This document shows, one piece after another, positions 18,892 to 28,168 of a stretch of DNA of 64,000 bases. How positions within the stretch are numbered: the stretch's first letter is position 1; the number at the start of each line of letters is the position of its first letter. Source of the DNA: Burkholderiales bacterium (GTDB lineage: Bacteria > Pseudomonadota > Gammaproteobacteria > Burkholderiales > Casimicrobiaceae); contig JAICXH010000001.1 of assembly GCA_025981645.1 (NCBI GenBank), positions 14,747 through 78,746 on the forward strand, written 5' to 3'. The notes beneath the pieces were generated by a model. The model was not told where the DNA came from, ran no database searches, and saw only the letters and a program-made list of their open reading frames with translations. Position numbers and translations under genes: made by a program.

Positions 18892-19818
18892 TCAGGGGCT
18901 GGCCGCGGCGAAGGTGTTGCAGTCGCGCAGATCACCCGACTGGAGCCCCGTTTTGAACCAGCGCTGGCGTTGCGCCGACGAGCCGTGGGTGAACGAATCG
19001 GGGGCGACGGTGCCACGGGTCATCTTCTGGATGCGGTCGTCGCCGACCGCAGCCGCGGCTGCGAGGCCGCTGTCGACGTCACTGGTGTCGATCAGGTTGC
19101 GCTTCTCGGCGAAGAACGCCCAGATTCCCGCATAGCAGTCCGCCTGGAGCTCGAGGCGTACCGACAGCGCGTTGGCCTGCGCCGCGTTGGCGCGCTCGCG
19201 CTCGGCGTCGTACTTCTGCATCGTACCGAGCAGGTTCTGCACGTGATGACCGACTTCGTGGGCAATCACGTACGCCTGCGCGAAATCGCCTGGAGCGCCG
19301 AAGCGCTGGTGGAGCTCGGCGAAGAACGAAGTGTCGAGATAGACATCGCGGTCGCCGGGGCAGTAGAACGGTCCGACTGCCGCTTCGGCACGGCCGCAGG
19401 CGGACGGCGTCGAGCCGCGGAACAGTACCAGCTTGGGAGGCTCATAGCGCGAGCCCATCGCCGTGAAGATCGCGCCCCAGACGTCTTCGGTGTCGCCCAG
19501 CACGCGCGCGGAGAACTCCTTGTTGACGGCGGCCTGCGTCGTCGCACCCTGCGTCGCTGCGCCGGCGGCACTCGTCTGCGGTCCGTAGCCGGGCGAGGGC
19601 GCGCTCGGCGGCGGCGGCGTCTCGTTCCCGGAAAGGAGGCCGAGCATCGTGAGCGGGTTGATGCCGAAGAGCCACCCGACGATGACGATCAGAATCAGCG
19701 CACCGGCGCCGATGTGCATGCCGCCGATCCCGAAGCCGCCGCCACCGCCCGAGCCCTCGGGCGCGCCTTGCGTCCGGTCCTCGACGTTGTCGCTTTGCCT
19801 GAAATCACCCCATTTCAT
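18892..19818 (-). CDS. YpfJ-like neutral zinc metallopeptidase
   Basis: SDNVEDR, GPFYCPGD, AHEVGHHVQ, ELQADCYAG, FTHGSSAQR. Confidence 0.93.
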   Translation of the reverse strand: MKWGDFRQSDNVEDRTQGAPEGSGGGGGFGIGGMHIGAGALILIVIVGWLFGINPLTMLGLLSGNETPPPPSAPSPGYGPQTSAAGAATQGATTQAAVNKEFSARVLGDTEDVWGAIFTAMGSRYEPPKLVLFRGSTPSACGRAEAAVGPFYCPGDRDVYLDTSFFAELHQRFGAPGDFAQAYVIAHEVGHHVQNLLGTMQKYDAERERANAAQANALSVRLELQADCYAGIWAFFAEKRNLIDTSDVDSGLAAAAAVGDDRIQKMTRGTVAPDSFTHGSSAQRQRWFKTGLQSGDLRDCNTFAAASP

Positions 19819-19893
19819 CGCGCGCCTCCGAGCAAGTCCGGAGCGCCCCGCAACGCGGCGCACACCGCCGATTATACGAGGCGGGCTTGCGGG

Positions 19894-21015
19894 TCAGGGC
19901 TTGAGCGCCCGGTAGAGGAACGGCAGGCTTGCGTCCATCCGGTAATCGATCGACGAATGGTTGTCGTCGAACTCCTCGTAGGTATGCGTGATGCCGTGCT
20001 GCGCCAGCCGCTTGGAGAGGAGCCGCGCGCCGTAGTGCAGGTGATACTGGTCGCGCCAGCCGCAATCGATGTAGATGCCGCGCAGCGATCGCAGCGCGTC
20101 GCCGAAGCGGCCGACGAGATGCACCGGATCGTGCTGCAGCCAGCGCCTCCAGCGTGCCGGCAGGAGCTCACCGGTCTCGAGATTGAACGGAACGCGAAAG
20201 CCGAGCGGTGCGGCCGGATCGGGATCGTAGCTGGCCGCCATCGCGAGGTTCATCAGCGTGTGCACCTCCGCATCGGAGAGCTTCTCGTGCGACCACAGGT
20301 GCTCGAGAAAGCGCTTGATGCGCCCGTCGTCGCGGCCGTCCGCGGCACCGCGCTCGTCGCGCAGCACGTCGATGCGTCCGGCGCGGCGTGGGGGACGGCG
20401 GTGGCGATCGAGTTCGTTCAGCGTCCGCGGCCAATCGGTGAGGTAACAGAGGTCGAACAGCGAATCGCCCGAATGATCGGCGATTGCGCCCCAGTAGCGC
20501 GCGTAGCGCATGCCGTGGATGATCGCACCGTAGCCGCCAGACGATTTGCCGAAGCAGCCGCGGTGATCGCGCGAGGCGAGCGTGCGGAACTCGCGGTCGA
20601 CGAACGGGATCAGCTCGCGCGTCAGGTAATCTGCGTAACGGCCGATCGCGCTGGAGTTGATGTACTGGTTGCCGCCCATCGACGTGAAGCAGTCAGGAAA
20701 CACGATGATCGCCGCGCCCATCCGGCGCTCGGCAATGAGACGTGCGGCACGCTCGGGAACGTTCTCGTCGAACGGCTTCCAGTTGAGGTGTGCCGGCCCC
20801 GAGCCGGTGAAGCCGACGAGATCGAACAGCACGGGAAAGCGCTTGCCGCGTCCGCCACTCTTGCCGCGCACGGTGCCGTCGTCGTAGCCCGGCGGCAACC
20901 ACACGGGGAGCTTGCGCCGATGCGGGTCGCCGAGCCGATTGTTGGCGAGCACGCGGGAATCGAACTCGAGCACCCTGACGGTGCCCGCCTTGCCGGCGGA
21001 GGACTTGCGCGTCAT
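19894..21015 (-). CDS. putative esterase (enterochelin esterase-like alpha/beta hydrolase)
   Basis: VWLPPGY, GGNQYINS, GKSSGGYG nucleophile, YEEFDDNH. Confidence 0.85.
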   Translation of the reverse strand: MTRKSSAGKAGTVRVLEFDSRVLANNRLGDPHRRKLPVWLPPGYDDGTVRGKSGGRGKRFPVLFDLVGFTGSGPAHLNWKPFDENVPERAARLIAERRMGAAIIVFPDCFTSMGGNQYINSSAIGRYADYLTRELIPFVDREFRTLASRDHRGCFGKSSGGYGAIIHGMRYARYWGAIADHSGDSLFDLCYLTDWPRTLNELDRHRRPPRRAGRIDVLRDERGAADGRDDGRIKRFLEHLWSHEKLSDAEVHTLMNLAMAASYDPDPAAPLGFRVPFNLETGELLPARWRRWLQHDPVHLVGRFGDALRSLRGIYIDCGWRDQYHLHYGARLLSKRLAQHGITHTYEEFDDNHSSIDYRMDASLPFLYRALKP

Positions 21016-21182
21016 GGCCCGCGATTGTGCCGTCGTTGCAGCGTCGAGGCAAATGCGGGTGTCGCTCGCGGGCGGATCCGAATGCGCCCGCGGGCGGCCG
21101 CGCAGCCGATGGTGACCGATACAATGCGAATGGTCCGCCGCCAAACCCGGCACGGCGGATCACCCGACGCCGATCGCCTGCG

Positions 21183-21767
21183 ATGACCCCGCCCCTCGAC
21201 GACGTGGCTCCGCCGCCGGCCGGTCGCCATCCGCTCGATGGCGTCACACGGGGCGCGCTGTTCGCGAGCTTCCTCAAGATGGGCCTGCTCGGCTTCGGCG
21301 GCGTACTGCCTTGGGCGCGCCGCGTCGTCGTCGACGAGCGTCGATGGTTTTCCGACCGCGAATTCGCGGAGACGATGGGGTTGTGCCAGGTGCTGCCGGG
21401 ACCTAACGTCGTCAATCTCGCGGTGATCGTCGGCAGTCGCAGTCACGGTCCGCTGGGCGCGTTGCTCGCGGTCACCGGGATTCTGTTCGTGCCGATCGCC
21501 GTCATGCTGGCGATGGCGATCTTCTACGCCGAGGTCGCGAATCACCCGCTCGCGCGGCACGCGATCGCGGCAGCGTCGGCCGCCGCGGCGGGGCTCATTG
21601 TCGGAACGGCGGTGCGCCTGTTCATCAAGGCGCGGCCGCCGCTGCGCGGCGTGTTGACCGGAGGCGCGGCGTTCATCGGCGTCGGCGTCCTGCACTGGCC
21701 GCTCGTCTGGGTTGCGCTGGCATTGATGGCCGCCAGCATCGCCGCTGAATGGCGCGCGTCGGCGTGA
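21183..21767 (+). CDS. chrA: short-chain chromate transporter, subunit 1
   Basis: GLLGFGG, CQVLPGPN. Confidence 0.88.
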   Translation: MTPPLDDVAPPPAGRHPLDGVTRGALFASFLKMGLLGFGGVLPWARRVVVDERRWFSDREFAETMGLCQVLPGPNVVNLAVIVGSRSHGPLGALLAVTGILFVPIAVMLAMAIFYAEVANHPLARHAIAAASAAAAGLIVGTAVRLFIKARPPLRGVLTGGAAFIGVGVLHWPLVWVALALMAASIAAEWRASA

Positions 21768-21783
21768 TCGCCAAAGCGGCGAC

Positions 21784-22317
21784 ATGATTGCCGGCGCTCC
21801 GGTGGTGGTCGAACTCGCGCTGCGCTTCGCCGCACTTTCGCTGGTTGCGATCGGCGGCATCAGCGCGATCCTCCCGGAGATCCACCGCGTCGTCGTCGAC
21901 GTGCAGGGATGGATGACGAGCGCCGAATTCGCCGATCTCTTTGCGCTCGCGCAACTCGCTCCAGGCCCCAACGCGATGTTTGTGTCGCTCGTCGGTTGGA
22001 AGGTCGCCGGCCTGCCGGGCGCACTCGTCGCCACCGCCGCGGCCTGCGGACCGTCGTCGGTGCTGTGCTACGGGTTCGCGCGCTGGGCCGAGCGGGCGCA
22101 GACGACGCGGATCCTGCCGGTGCTGCGCCGCGCGCTGGCGCCCATCGCGATCGGTTTCATCCTGGCGAGCGGATACACGCTCGCGCAGGGCGCAGACCGC
22201 TCTCCCGGGTCGCTCGCGCTGACGGCAGTCGGCGCGGTCACGCTCGCGTTTACTCGCGTGAATCCGGTGTGGATCCTGGTCGCCGCCGCGATCGTCGGAG
22301 CGGCCGGCCTGACCTGA
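21784..22317 (+). CDS. chrA: short-chain chromate transporter, subunit 2
   Basis: LVAIGG, AQLAPGPN. Confidence 0.88.
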   Translation: MIAGAPVVVELALRFAALSLVAIGGISAILPEIHRVVVDVQGWMTSAEFADLFALAQLAPGPNAMFVSLVGWKVAGLPGALVATAAACGPSSVLCYGFARWAERAQTTRILPVLRRALAPIAIGFILASGYTLAQGADRSPGSLALTAVGAVTLAFTRVNPVWILVAAAIVGAAGLT

Positions 22318-22332
22318 CGCCGAGTGTCGCGG

Positions 22333-22887
22333 TCAGCGGGGTCGCCGGCGGCCGCCGGCGGGCTCTGCGGGGCCGAGCCTCGAACCGCGGCAGCGAGGTG
22401 CGCCGCACCGGCAGCGGTACGCAGCGAGCAGCTTCTTCGTGCGCCGGCCCTCGACGTTCAAGCGGTAGTCGTAGGCGAGCTCCTCGCCTGCGCGGATCGT
22501 GCGGCGGGCGGCGATCATCACGCGCCCGCGGTCGTCCTCGTACGGCACGCAGTTCGGCGCGCAGCTGTGATTGATCCAGCGTGCCGCATTGCCGCGCACA
22601 CCGGCATCGATCACGCGCCCGTCGTTGAGCTCGAACAGGAACGTGTGATACGGGTTGTCTGGATCGCTGTCCGGCATCGTGTCGGCGACTTCCATCGAGA
22701 TGCGCCTGCCGCGGTACTCGACGATGTCCTCGCCCCTCGCGATCGTTCGCGTAGCGAACACGCCACGTCCGTGAATCGGCGACCGGCGCACGGCGTACGC
22801 GCGCCCGCCGGCTCCCGCTGCCTGCGAGACCTGCACGTGCACGGTGGCGGAGGACGGTCGCTTCGTCGAGCGGCTGCGGGATGGCAT
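22333..22887 (-). CDS. SET-domain protein-lysine methyltransferase with post-SET motif
   Basis: SPIHGRGVFA, RWINHSCAPN, GEELAYDY, CRCGAPRCRG. Start approximate. Confidence 0.9.
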   Translation of the reverse strand: MPSRSRSTKRPSSATVHVQVSQAAGAGGRAYAVRRSPIHGRGVFATRTIARGEDIVEYRGRRISMEVADTMPDSDPDNPYHTFLFELNDGRVIDAGVRGNAARWINHSCAPNCVPYEDDRGRVMIAARRTIRAGEELAYDYRLNVEGRRTKKLLAAYRCRCGAPRCRGSRLGPAEPAGGRRRPR

Positions 22888-23002
22888 CGGAAGGGGGGCG
22901 GTGGCGGAGCGCGGATTGTCGCACGCTGCCGCGATGGTGGTGCCGGTCACGCGGCAGGGCCGGCGGGCGCTTGCGCGCACACGCCGATTCGGAAACAATA
23001 TC

Positions 23003-23023
23003 GTATGCGAACGCTTCGTATAC
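23003..23023. promoter_or_regulatory. putative MarR operator (9-3-9 inverted repeat)
   Basis: GTATGCGAA-CGC-TTCGTATAC (8 of 9 positions match), in an AT-richer patch upstream of the MarR core. Confidence 0.6.
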
Positions 23024-23077
23024 AAAGAAAGCCGCACGCGCTGCCGGCAAAGCCACGTGCGGTGCCGGCGCGCGTGC

Positions 23078-23122
23078 CGGCTGCCTCCCGCGCGGCTGCC
23101 TCCCGCGCGGCCGCCTCCCGCG
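23078..23122. repeat. 15-bp tandem repeat x3 (CGGCTGCCTCCCGCG)
   Basis: Copies at 23078, 23093 and 23108 (one mismatch). Reads as AASRA repeats in the MarR frame. Confidence 0.85.
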
Positions 23123-23562
23123 TGGCAGGCGACCGCGTCGAGGCGCTCGGCGTCCTTGCCGCAGGCGTGACGAAGAGCTGGCGCCAGGAGCTCGATCGCC
23201 GGCTGCAGCCGCTCGGGCTGACCCGGGTCCAGTGGCAGGCGTTGCTGTGGCTCGATCGCGCCGGCGGCGAGCTCGTGCAGGGCGACCTCGCCGAGCGCCT
23301 CGACATCGGCGCACCGGCCGCGGTGACGCTGGTCGATCGCATGCAACGTGACGGCCTCGTCACGCGGCGCGAGGTGGAGGGCGACCGCAGGTTGAAGGCG
23401 GTGGTGGTCACGCCGCGCGCGCGCACGCTCCTCGAGCGCATTCGGCGCACCGTGCTCGCGCTGCGGCGCGAGCTGTCCGCGACGCTGAGCGCGGCCGAAC
23501 TCGACGTGCTCTGCGAGCTCCTCGCGCGCGTACGCGCGAAGCTCGACGAGTTGCGGCAATGA
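23122..23562 (+). CDS. MarR/SlyA family transcriptional regulator
   Basis: LGLTRVQW, LVDRMQRDGLVTR, DRRLK. GTG 23122 chosen as start; ATG 23005 is an alternative. Confidence 0.88.
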   Translation: MAGDRVEALGVLAAGVTKSWRQELDRRLQPLGLTRVQWQALLWLDRAGGELVQGDLAERLDIGAPAAVTLVDRMQRDGLVTRREVEGDRRLKAVVVTPRARTLLERIRRTVLALRRELSATLSAAELDVLCELLARVRAKLDELRQ

Positions 23563-25070
23563 CCAGCGGCCCGCGCATGCTCGTCACGCTCGCGGTGATG
23601 GCTGCGACCGTGATCCAGGTGCTCGACACGACGATCGTCAACGTCGCGCTGCCGCACATGGCCGGCGAGCTGTCGGCATCGACCGACCAGATCAGCTGGG
23701 TACTGACGAGCTACATCGTGGCGTCGTCGGTGGTGATGCCGATGACCGGTTATCTCGCCGACCGGCTCGGACGCCGCCGCTATCTGCTCGTGTCGATCGG
23801 CGGCTTCATCGTGTCGTCGGCGCTGTGCGGCGTTTCGGGGTCGCTCGCCGAGATCGTCTTCTTCCGCTTGCTGCAGGGGCTGTTCGGCGCGTCGCTGGTG
23901 CCGCTGTCGCAGGCGATCATGGTCGACAGCTATCCGGTGCACGAGCGCGGCAAGGCGCTCGCCATCTGGGGCATGGGCGTGATGGTCGCGCCGATTCTCG
24001 GTCCGACGCTCGGCGGCTGGCTCACCGAGGCGGCGAGCTGGCGCTGGAACTTCTACATCAACATCCCGGTCGGCGCGCTGTCGCTGTTTCTCGCTGCGCG
24101 CAATGTTCCCGACACACCGGTGCAGGAGCGCGCGATGGACTGGTGGGGTCTCGTCTTCCTCGCGCTGTTCATCGGCGGGCTGCAGTACGTGCTCGACCGC
24201 GGCCAGCAGGAGGACTGGCTCTCGTCGACGTCGATCCGCGCCGCGCTCGTCGCCCTCGTCTGCGGCCTCGCGATGTTCATCGCGCACTCGTTCGCCTCGC
24301 GTCGCGAGACGCTGTTCGACCTCGCGCTCTTCGCCGACCGCAATTTTGCCGCCGCGACGATCGTCGGCGGCGCGATGGGTCTGTCGCTCTATGGGGGGAT
24401 GCTTCTGCAGCCGGTTCTGTTCGAGAACCTGCTGCAGTATCCGACGCTCGATACCGGGCTCGCGATGATGCCGCGCGGCATCGGGAGTCTCGTCAGCATG
24501 CTGATCGTCGGCAGGCTGGTCGGCCGCGTCGGCGCGAAGCCGCTGATCTGGTTCGGCATCGCCGCCGGCGTCGTCGGCGCGTGGATGATGACCCGGATGA
24601 ACCTCGACGCGGGGTGGGGCGTGATGGTGGTTCCGTTGCTCCTGCAAGGCATCGGCGTCGGATTCGTGTTCGTGCCGCTGTCGGCGATCGCGTTCGCGAC
24701 GCTGCCGCAGCGCCTTGCCACCGAAGCCGCCGGCGTCTACAGCCTCGTCCGCTCGATCGGCGCGTCGATCGGCATCTCGATCATCAGCGTATCACTCGCG
24801 CGGAGCGCGCAGGTGAACTGGGAGATCCTGCGCGGCTTCATCGACCCCTATCGGTTCCAGGTCCAGCAGTTCCTGCACCCGCTCGGCGTCCCGGCGGTCG
24901 GCGCCGGGCTTGCCGTACTCGCGCGCGAAGTCGAGGAGCAGGCGGCGATGCTCGGCCTGCTCCATGCGTTCTGGATCATCGTGGCGAGCTTCTTCGTGAT
25001 GATCCCGCTCGTCATGCTGCTGAAGCCGGGCGGCGCCTCGGCACGGACGGCGATCGTGGTCGCCGAGTAG
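23559..25070 (+). CDS. DHA2 (EmrB/QacA) family MFS efflux permease
   Basis: LDTTIVNVALP, WVLTSY, APILGPTLGGW, WNFYINIPVG. ATGA overlap with marR. Confidence 0.93.
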   Translation: MTSGPRMLVTLAVMAATVIQVLDTTIVNVALPHMAGELSASTDQISWVLTSYIVASSVVMPMTGYLADRLGRRRYLLVSIGGFIVSSALCGVSGSLAEIVFFRLLQGLFGASLVPLSQAIMVDSYPVHERGKALAIWGMGVMVAPILGPTLGGWLTEAASWRWNFYINIPVGALSLFLAARNVPDTPVQERAMDWWGLVFLALFIGGLQYVLDRGQQEDWLSSTSIRAALVALVCGLAMFIAHSFASRRETLFDLALFADRNFAAATIVGGAMGLSLYGGMLLQPVLFENLLQYPTLDTGLAMMPRGIGSLVSMLIVGRLVGRVGAKPLIWFGIAAGVVGAWMMTRMNLDAGWGVMVVPLLLQGIGVGFVFVPLSAIAFATLPQRLATEAAGVYSLVRSIGASIGISIISVSLARSAQVNWEILRGFIDPYRFQVQQFLHPLGVPAVGAGLAVLAREVEEQAAMLGLLHAFWIIVASFFVMIPLVMLLKPGGASARTAIVVAE

Positions 25071-25140
25071 CCGCGGTGTGTGCTGCAATCGCGTTTCCGA
25101 TCGGCGGTTCAGCCGCGCGGCCGACCGATCGGGGTCCGGC

Positions 25141-25734
25141 TTATCCGCGCTGGCCGATCAGTGCGAGGAATTCCTCACGGGTGGCGTTCGAATCGCGGAA
25201 CGTTCCGAGCACCGACGAGGTGACCATCACCGAGTTCTGCTTCTCGACGCCGCGCATCATCATGCACAGGTGACGCGCCTCGATCATCACGCCGACGCCA
25301 CGCGCGTCGACCGACTCGAGCACCGCCTGCGAGACCTGCTCGGTGAGTCGCTCCTGCAGCTGCAGCCTGCGCGCGTACATGTCGACGAGCCGCGCGAGCT
25401 TGGAGACGCCGAACACGCGGCCGGTCGGGATGTAGCCGATGTGACAGCGGCCGAAGAATGGCAGCATGTGGTGTTCGCAGAGGCTGTAGACCTCGATGTT
25501 CTTCACGATCACCATGCTGTTGGTGGTCTGCGTGAAGATCGCGCCGTTGATGAGCGTCGCGACGTCGCTGCGGTACCCCGATGTGAGGTAGGCGAGCGCC
25601 CGGGCGACGCGGGCGGGCGTCCTGGCGAGCCCTTCGCGGTCGGGGTTCTCGCCGAGCGCGAGGAGAAGCTCGCGCGTCAGGCGCTCGATCCGGGCGAGAT
25701 CGAGCGTGTTGTCGGTGTCGCGGTCGGTTGGCAT
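25141..25734 (-). CDS. folE: GTP cyclohydrolase I
   Basis: [47 protein letters not shown]. Confidence 0.95.
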   Translation of the reverse strand: MPTDRDTDNTLDLARIERLTRELLLALGENPDREGLARTPARVARALAYLTSGYRSDVATLINGAIFTQTTNSMVIVKNIEVYSLCEHHMLPFFGRCHIGYIPTGRVFGVSKLARLVDMYARRLQLQERLTEQVSQAVLESVDARGVGVMIEARHLCMMMRGVEKQNSVMVTSSVLGTFRDSNATREEFLALIGQRG

Positions 25735-25907
25735 GTCGTGAGCCTCGTCGATAGCTCCGGGCACGACGGACGCGATGCAAGGTCCGTTCGGCCCCGGCAG
25801 CGCCTAGTATGCGAGATCGCGACGCGTTGGACCAGCGACGCGCGGCCTGTGTGCGATCATCATCCGGGTAACGGCGCCCGCGGCGCCGGCGCAGTGGAGA
25901 CAGGCGA

Positions 25908-26621
25908 ATGAACTGTGCGAGTTGCGGTGCGGAGAATGCGGCCGATGCCCGCTACTGCGCTCGCTGCGGCGCCGAGCAGCCGCGTGCGGCCCCGCGGCGA
26001 GCGCGCGGCGCGACGATTGCAATCGTCGCGTCGTGCGTCGTCGTGCTGCTCGCAGGCTATGGCGGCTGGAAGCTCATGACCGGCGCGTGGAGCGGCAGCG
26101 AGGCGCCGGTTCCACAGCCGAAGGTCGTCCAGGTTCCGGCAGGTAACGTGCCGCCTCCGACCGATCAGAGCGCAGCGCCGCTGCCGCCGCCGTCGGCGCT
26201 GCCCGCGGGGGACGATGTCGCACCGGAATCCGCGAGCGCAGCGTCGTCGGCAACGGCCGCGTCCGCGGCGAGCGCCCCGTCCGGCGCGCGTGCCACGACG
26301 GGTCCGCGCGTCATTACACCGACGCCCGCGCAGCGCCCGCGCAGCGCTGCGCGGGCGCATGCCGAAGCGTCCGCGAAGGCCCCTGCGAAGGCCCCCGTTC
26401 CCGCGGCAGCCCCGGTGGAGCGGATGGCCACGGCGGCGCCTTCCGCACCGCAAGCCGACGATCATTGGACGAAGATGAACGATGACCTGTCGCGCTGCAC
26501 GCGAGAGGACTTCATCAACCGCGTGATCTGCGACCAGCGCGTGCGCATCCGCTACTGCGATGGCTACTGGGGCAAGGTTGCGCAGTGCCCGGTCAGCCCG
26601 TCGACGCAAGAAGTGCGCTGA
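25908..26621 (+). CDS. Zn-ribbon / TM / Pro-Ala linker / C-terminal Cys4 domain protein (paralog A)
   Basis: CASCG..N...ARYCARCG, one TM, C-terminal W..M...L..C...C.QR.RIRYCDGYWGKV.QC. SD GGAG. Confidence 0.8.
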   Translation: MNCASCGAENAADARYCARCGAEQPRAAPRRARGATIAIVASCVVVLLAGYGGWKLMTGAWSGSEAPVPQPKVVQVPAGNVPPPTDQSAAPLPPPSALPAGDDVAPESASAASSATAASAASAPSGARATTGPRVITPTPAQRPRSAARAHAEASAKAPAKAPVPAAAPVERMATAAPSAPQADDHWTKMNDDLSRCTREDFINRVICDQRVRIRYCDGYWGKVAQCPVSPSTQEVR

Positions 26622-26632
26622 CCGGGGTCGCG

Positions 26633-27391
26633 CTAGCCGCGACCGACGAAGGGCATCTTCGTCGCCATCACCGTCATAAACTGCACATTGGCATCGAGCG
26701 GCAGGCTCGCCATGTAGACAACGGCGCGCGCCACCTGCGCTACGTCCATCAGCGGCTCGGGTGCGATGGTGCCGTTCGCCTGCGGCACGCCGCGCGCCAT
26801 CGGCGCTGCCATGTCGGTGGCCGCATTGCCGATGTCGATCTGGCCGCACGCGATGTCGTGCTTGCGTCCGTCGAGCGACGTCGACCTGGTGAGCCCGGTG
26901 ATCGCGTGTTTGGTCGCCGTGTAGGGCGCCGAGTCGGGCCGCGGGGCGTGCGCCGAGATGGAGCCATTGTTGATGATGCGCCCGCCGCGTGGCGACTGCG
27001 CTTTCATCATGCGGATCGCGCCGCGCGTGCACAGGAAGGCGCCGAGCAGGTTGGTGTCGATCACCGCACGAATGCGCTCGACCGGAAGGTCTTCGAGCGG
27101 CTGGGGCGGCGCGCTGATGCCTGCGTTGTTGAACAAGACGTCGAGGCGCCCGAAGCGCGATGCGACGCGCTCGAACATCGCGTCGACCGAGCCCGGATCG
27201 GTGACGTCCGCCGCGATCGCGATCGCGCGCGCCCCCGCCGCGCCTGCAGCAGCGATGGCCTCCTCGAGCACTGCCTCGCGTCGGCCCGCGAGCGCGACAC
27301 GGTAGCCTTCGTCGAGGAGCGCCAGCGCCACCGCCTTGCCGATCCCGCTTCCGGCGCCGGTGACGAGCGCAGCAGGCGGTTGCCGATCCAT
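26633..27391 (-). CDS. SDR family oxidoreductase
   Basis: [26 protein letters not shown]. Confidence 0.92.
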   Translation of the reverse strand: MDRQPPAALVTGAGSGIGKAVALALLDEGYRVALAGRREAVLEEAIAAAGAAGARAIAIAADVTDPGSVDAMFERVASRFGRLDVLFNNAGISAPPQPLEDLPVERIRAVIDTNLLGAFLCTRGAIRMMKAQSPRGGRIINNGSISAHAPRPDSAPYTATKHAITGLTRSTSLDGRKHDIACGQIDIGNAATDMAAPMARGVPQANGTIAPEPLMDVAQVARAVVYMASLPLDANVQFMTVMATKMPFVGRG

Positions 27392-27403
27392 CTGCGCGCC
27401 CCG

Positions 27404-27907
27404 CTACAGGCAGATGCCCGCGCGGAAATGGCGGCCGAAGCCTCCGCCGCAGATCGTCGCGCCCCAGCCGAACGCGGGCCACGGCGCGCCGTACCAGCCG
27501 TACGGCCACGCGTATGCCGGCCCCGGCGCATAGACGGGATACGGGACCGAGTAGTAGATCGGCGCCGGTGGAGCCGCACGGTAGTCCGGCGGCACGCCGG
27601 GCTCGCCCGGCTCGGGCGGATAATTCGGCGTGACGAAAGCAGGATTAGGCGGCGCGAGTCCTGCGAGCTGGCGCGCAATCTGCCACTTGCGCCATGCAAG
27701 CAGGCGCTCGGCTTCGCTCGCCGTCATCTCGCCGCGGCTGACGCGGCCGTCGATCTCGTGGCGCACCAGCTGCATGCGCTCGTCGAGCCGAGACGACTGC
27801 GCGGCATCGAGCGTCGGCAGCGGGGGTGGCATCGTGCTGGCGATGGCTGGCGCGGCCGTCGCGACCAGCGCGAAGGCAAGCGTCACGGCTGCAATCGTGC
27901 GTGTCAT
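27404..27907 (-). CDS. exported hypothetical protein with Pro/Tyr/Trp-rich tail
   Basis: Signal peptide MTRTIAAVTLAFALV, helical domain, PYGWYGAPW tail ending C..G.G..F..GIC. It is the C-terminal part of track ORF 27404..28777. Confidence 0.72.
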   Translation of the reverse strand: MTRTIAAVTLAFALVATAAPAIASTMPPPLPTLDAAQSSRLDERMQLVRHEIDGRVSRGEMTASEAERLLAWRKWQIARQLAGLAPPNPAFVTPNYPPEPGEPGVPPDYRAAPPAPIYYSVPYPVYAPGPAYAWPYGWYGAPWPAFGWGATICGGGFGRHFRAGICL

Positions 27908-28168
27908 GTCGATCTCGCAGTGGGCGGCGCACGCCGCCGACACTCGTCGTGTCGTGCGGATGCATCGCTTTCGACCCGCCCGCCTGTCATCCGGTTCGCG
28001 TCTTCGAACGTTGGTGCGCAGTGAAGCCTGCGACAGGCGGTCCCCATGGTGGAACGCAGCGTAGCAGGGGCCTGTTCGCAACGGCAAGCTGAGCAGAAAA
28101 TACACGCGGTGCCGTTGGCGGGCAAAGAAATGCGTAACGATTTGCAACGAACCGACAGGAGCAGGACG

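Noticed and set aside
25735-25907. Folate or ZTP riboswitch upstream of folE
   Set aside because: Only a short hairpin (ACGGAC...GTCCGT). No recognisable riboswitch consensus.
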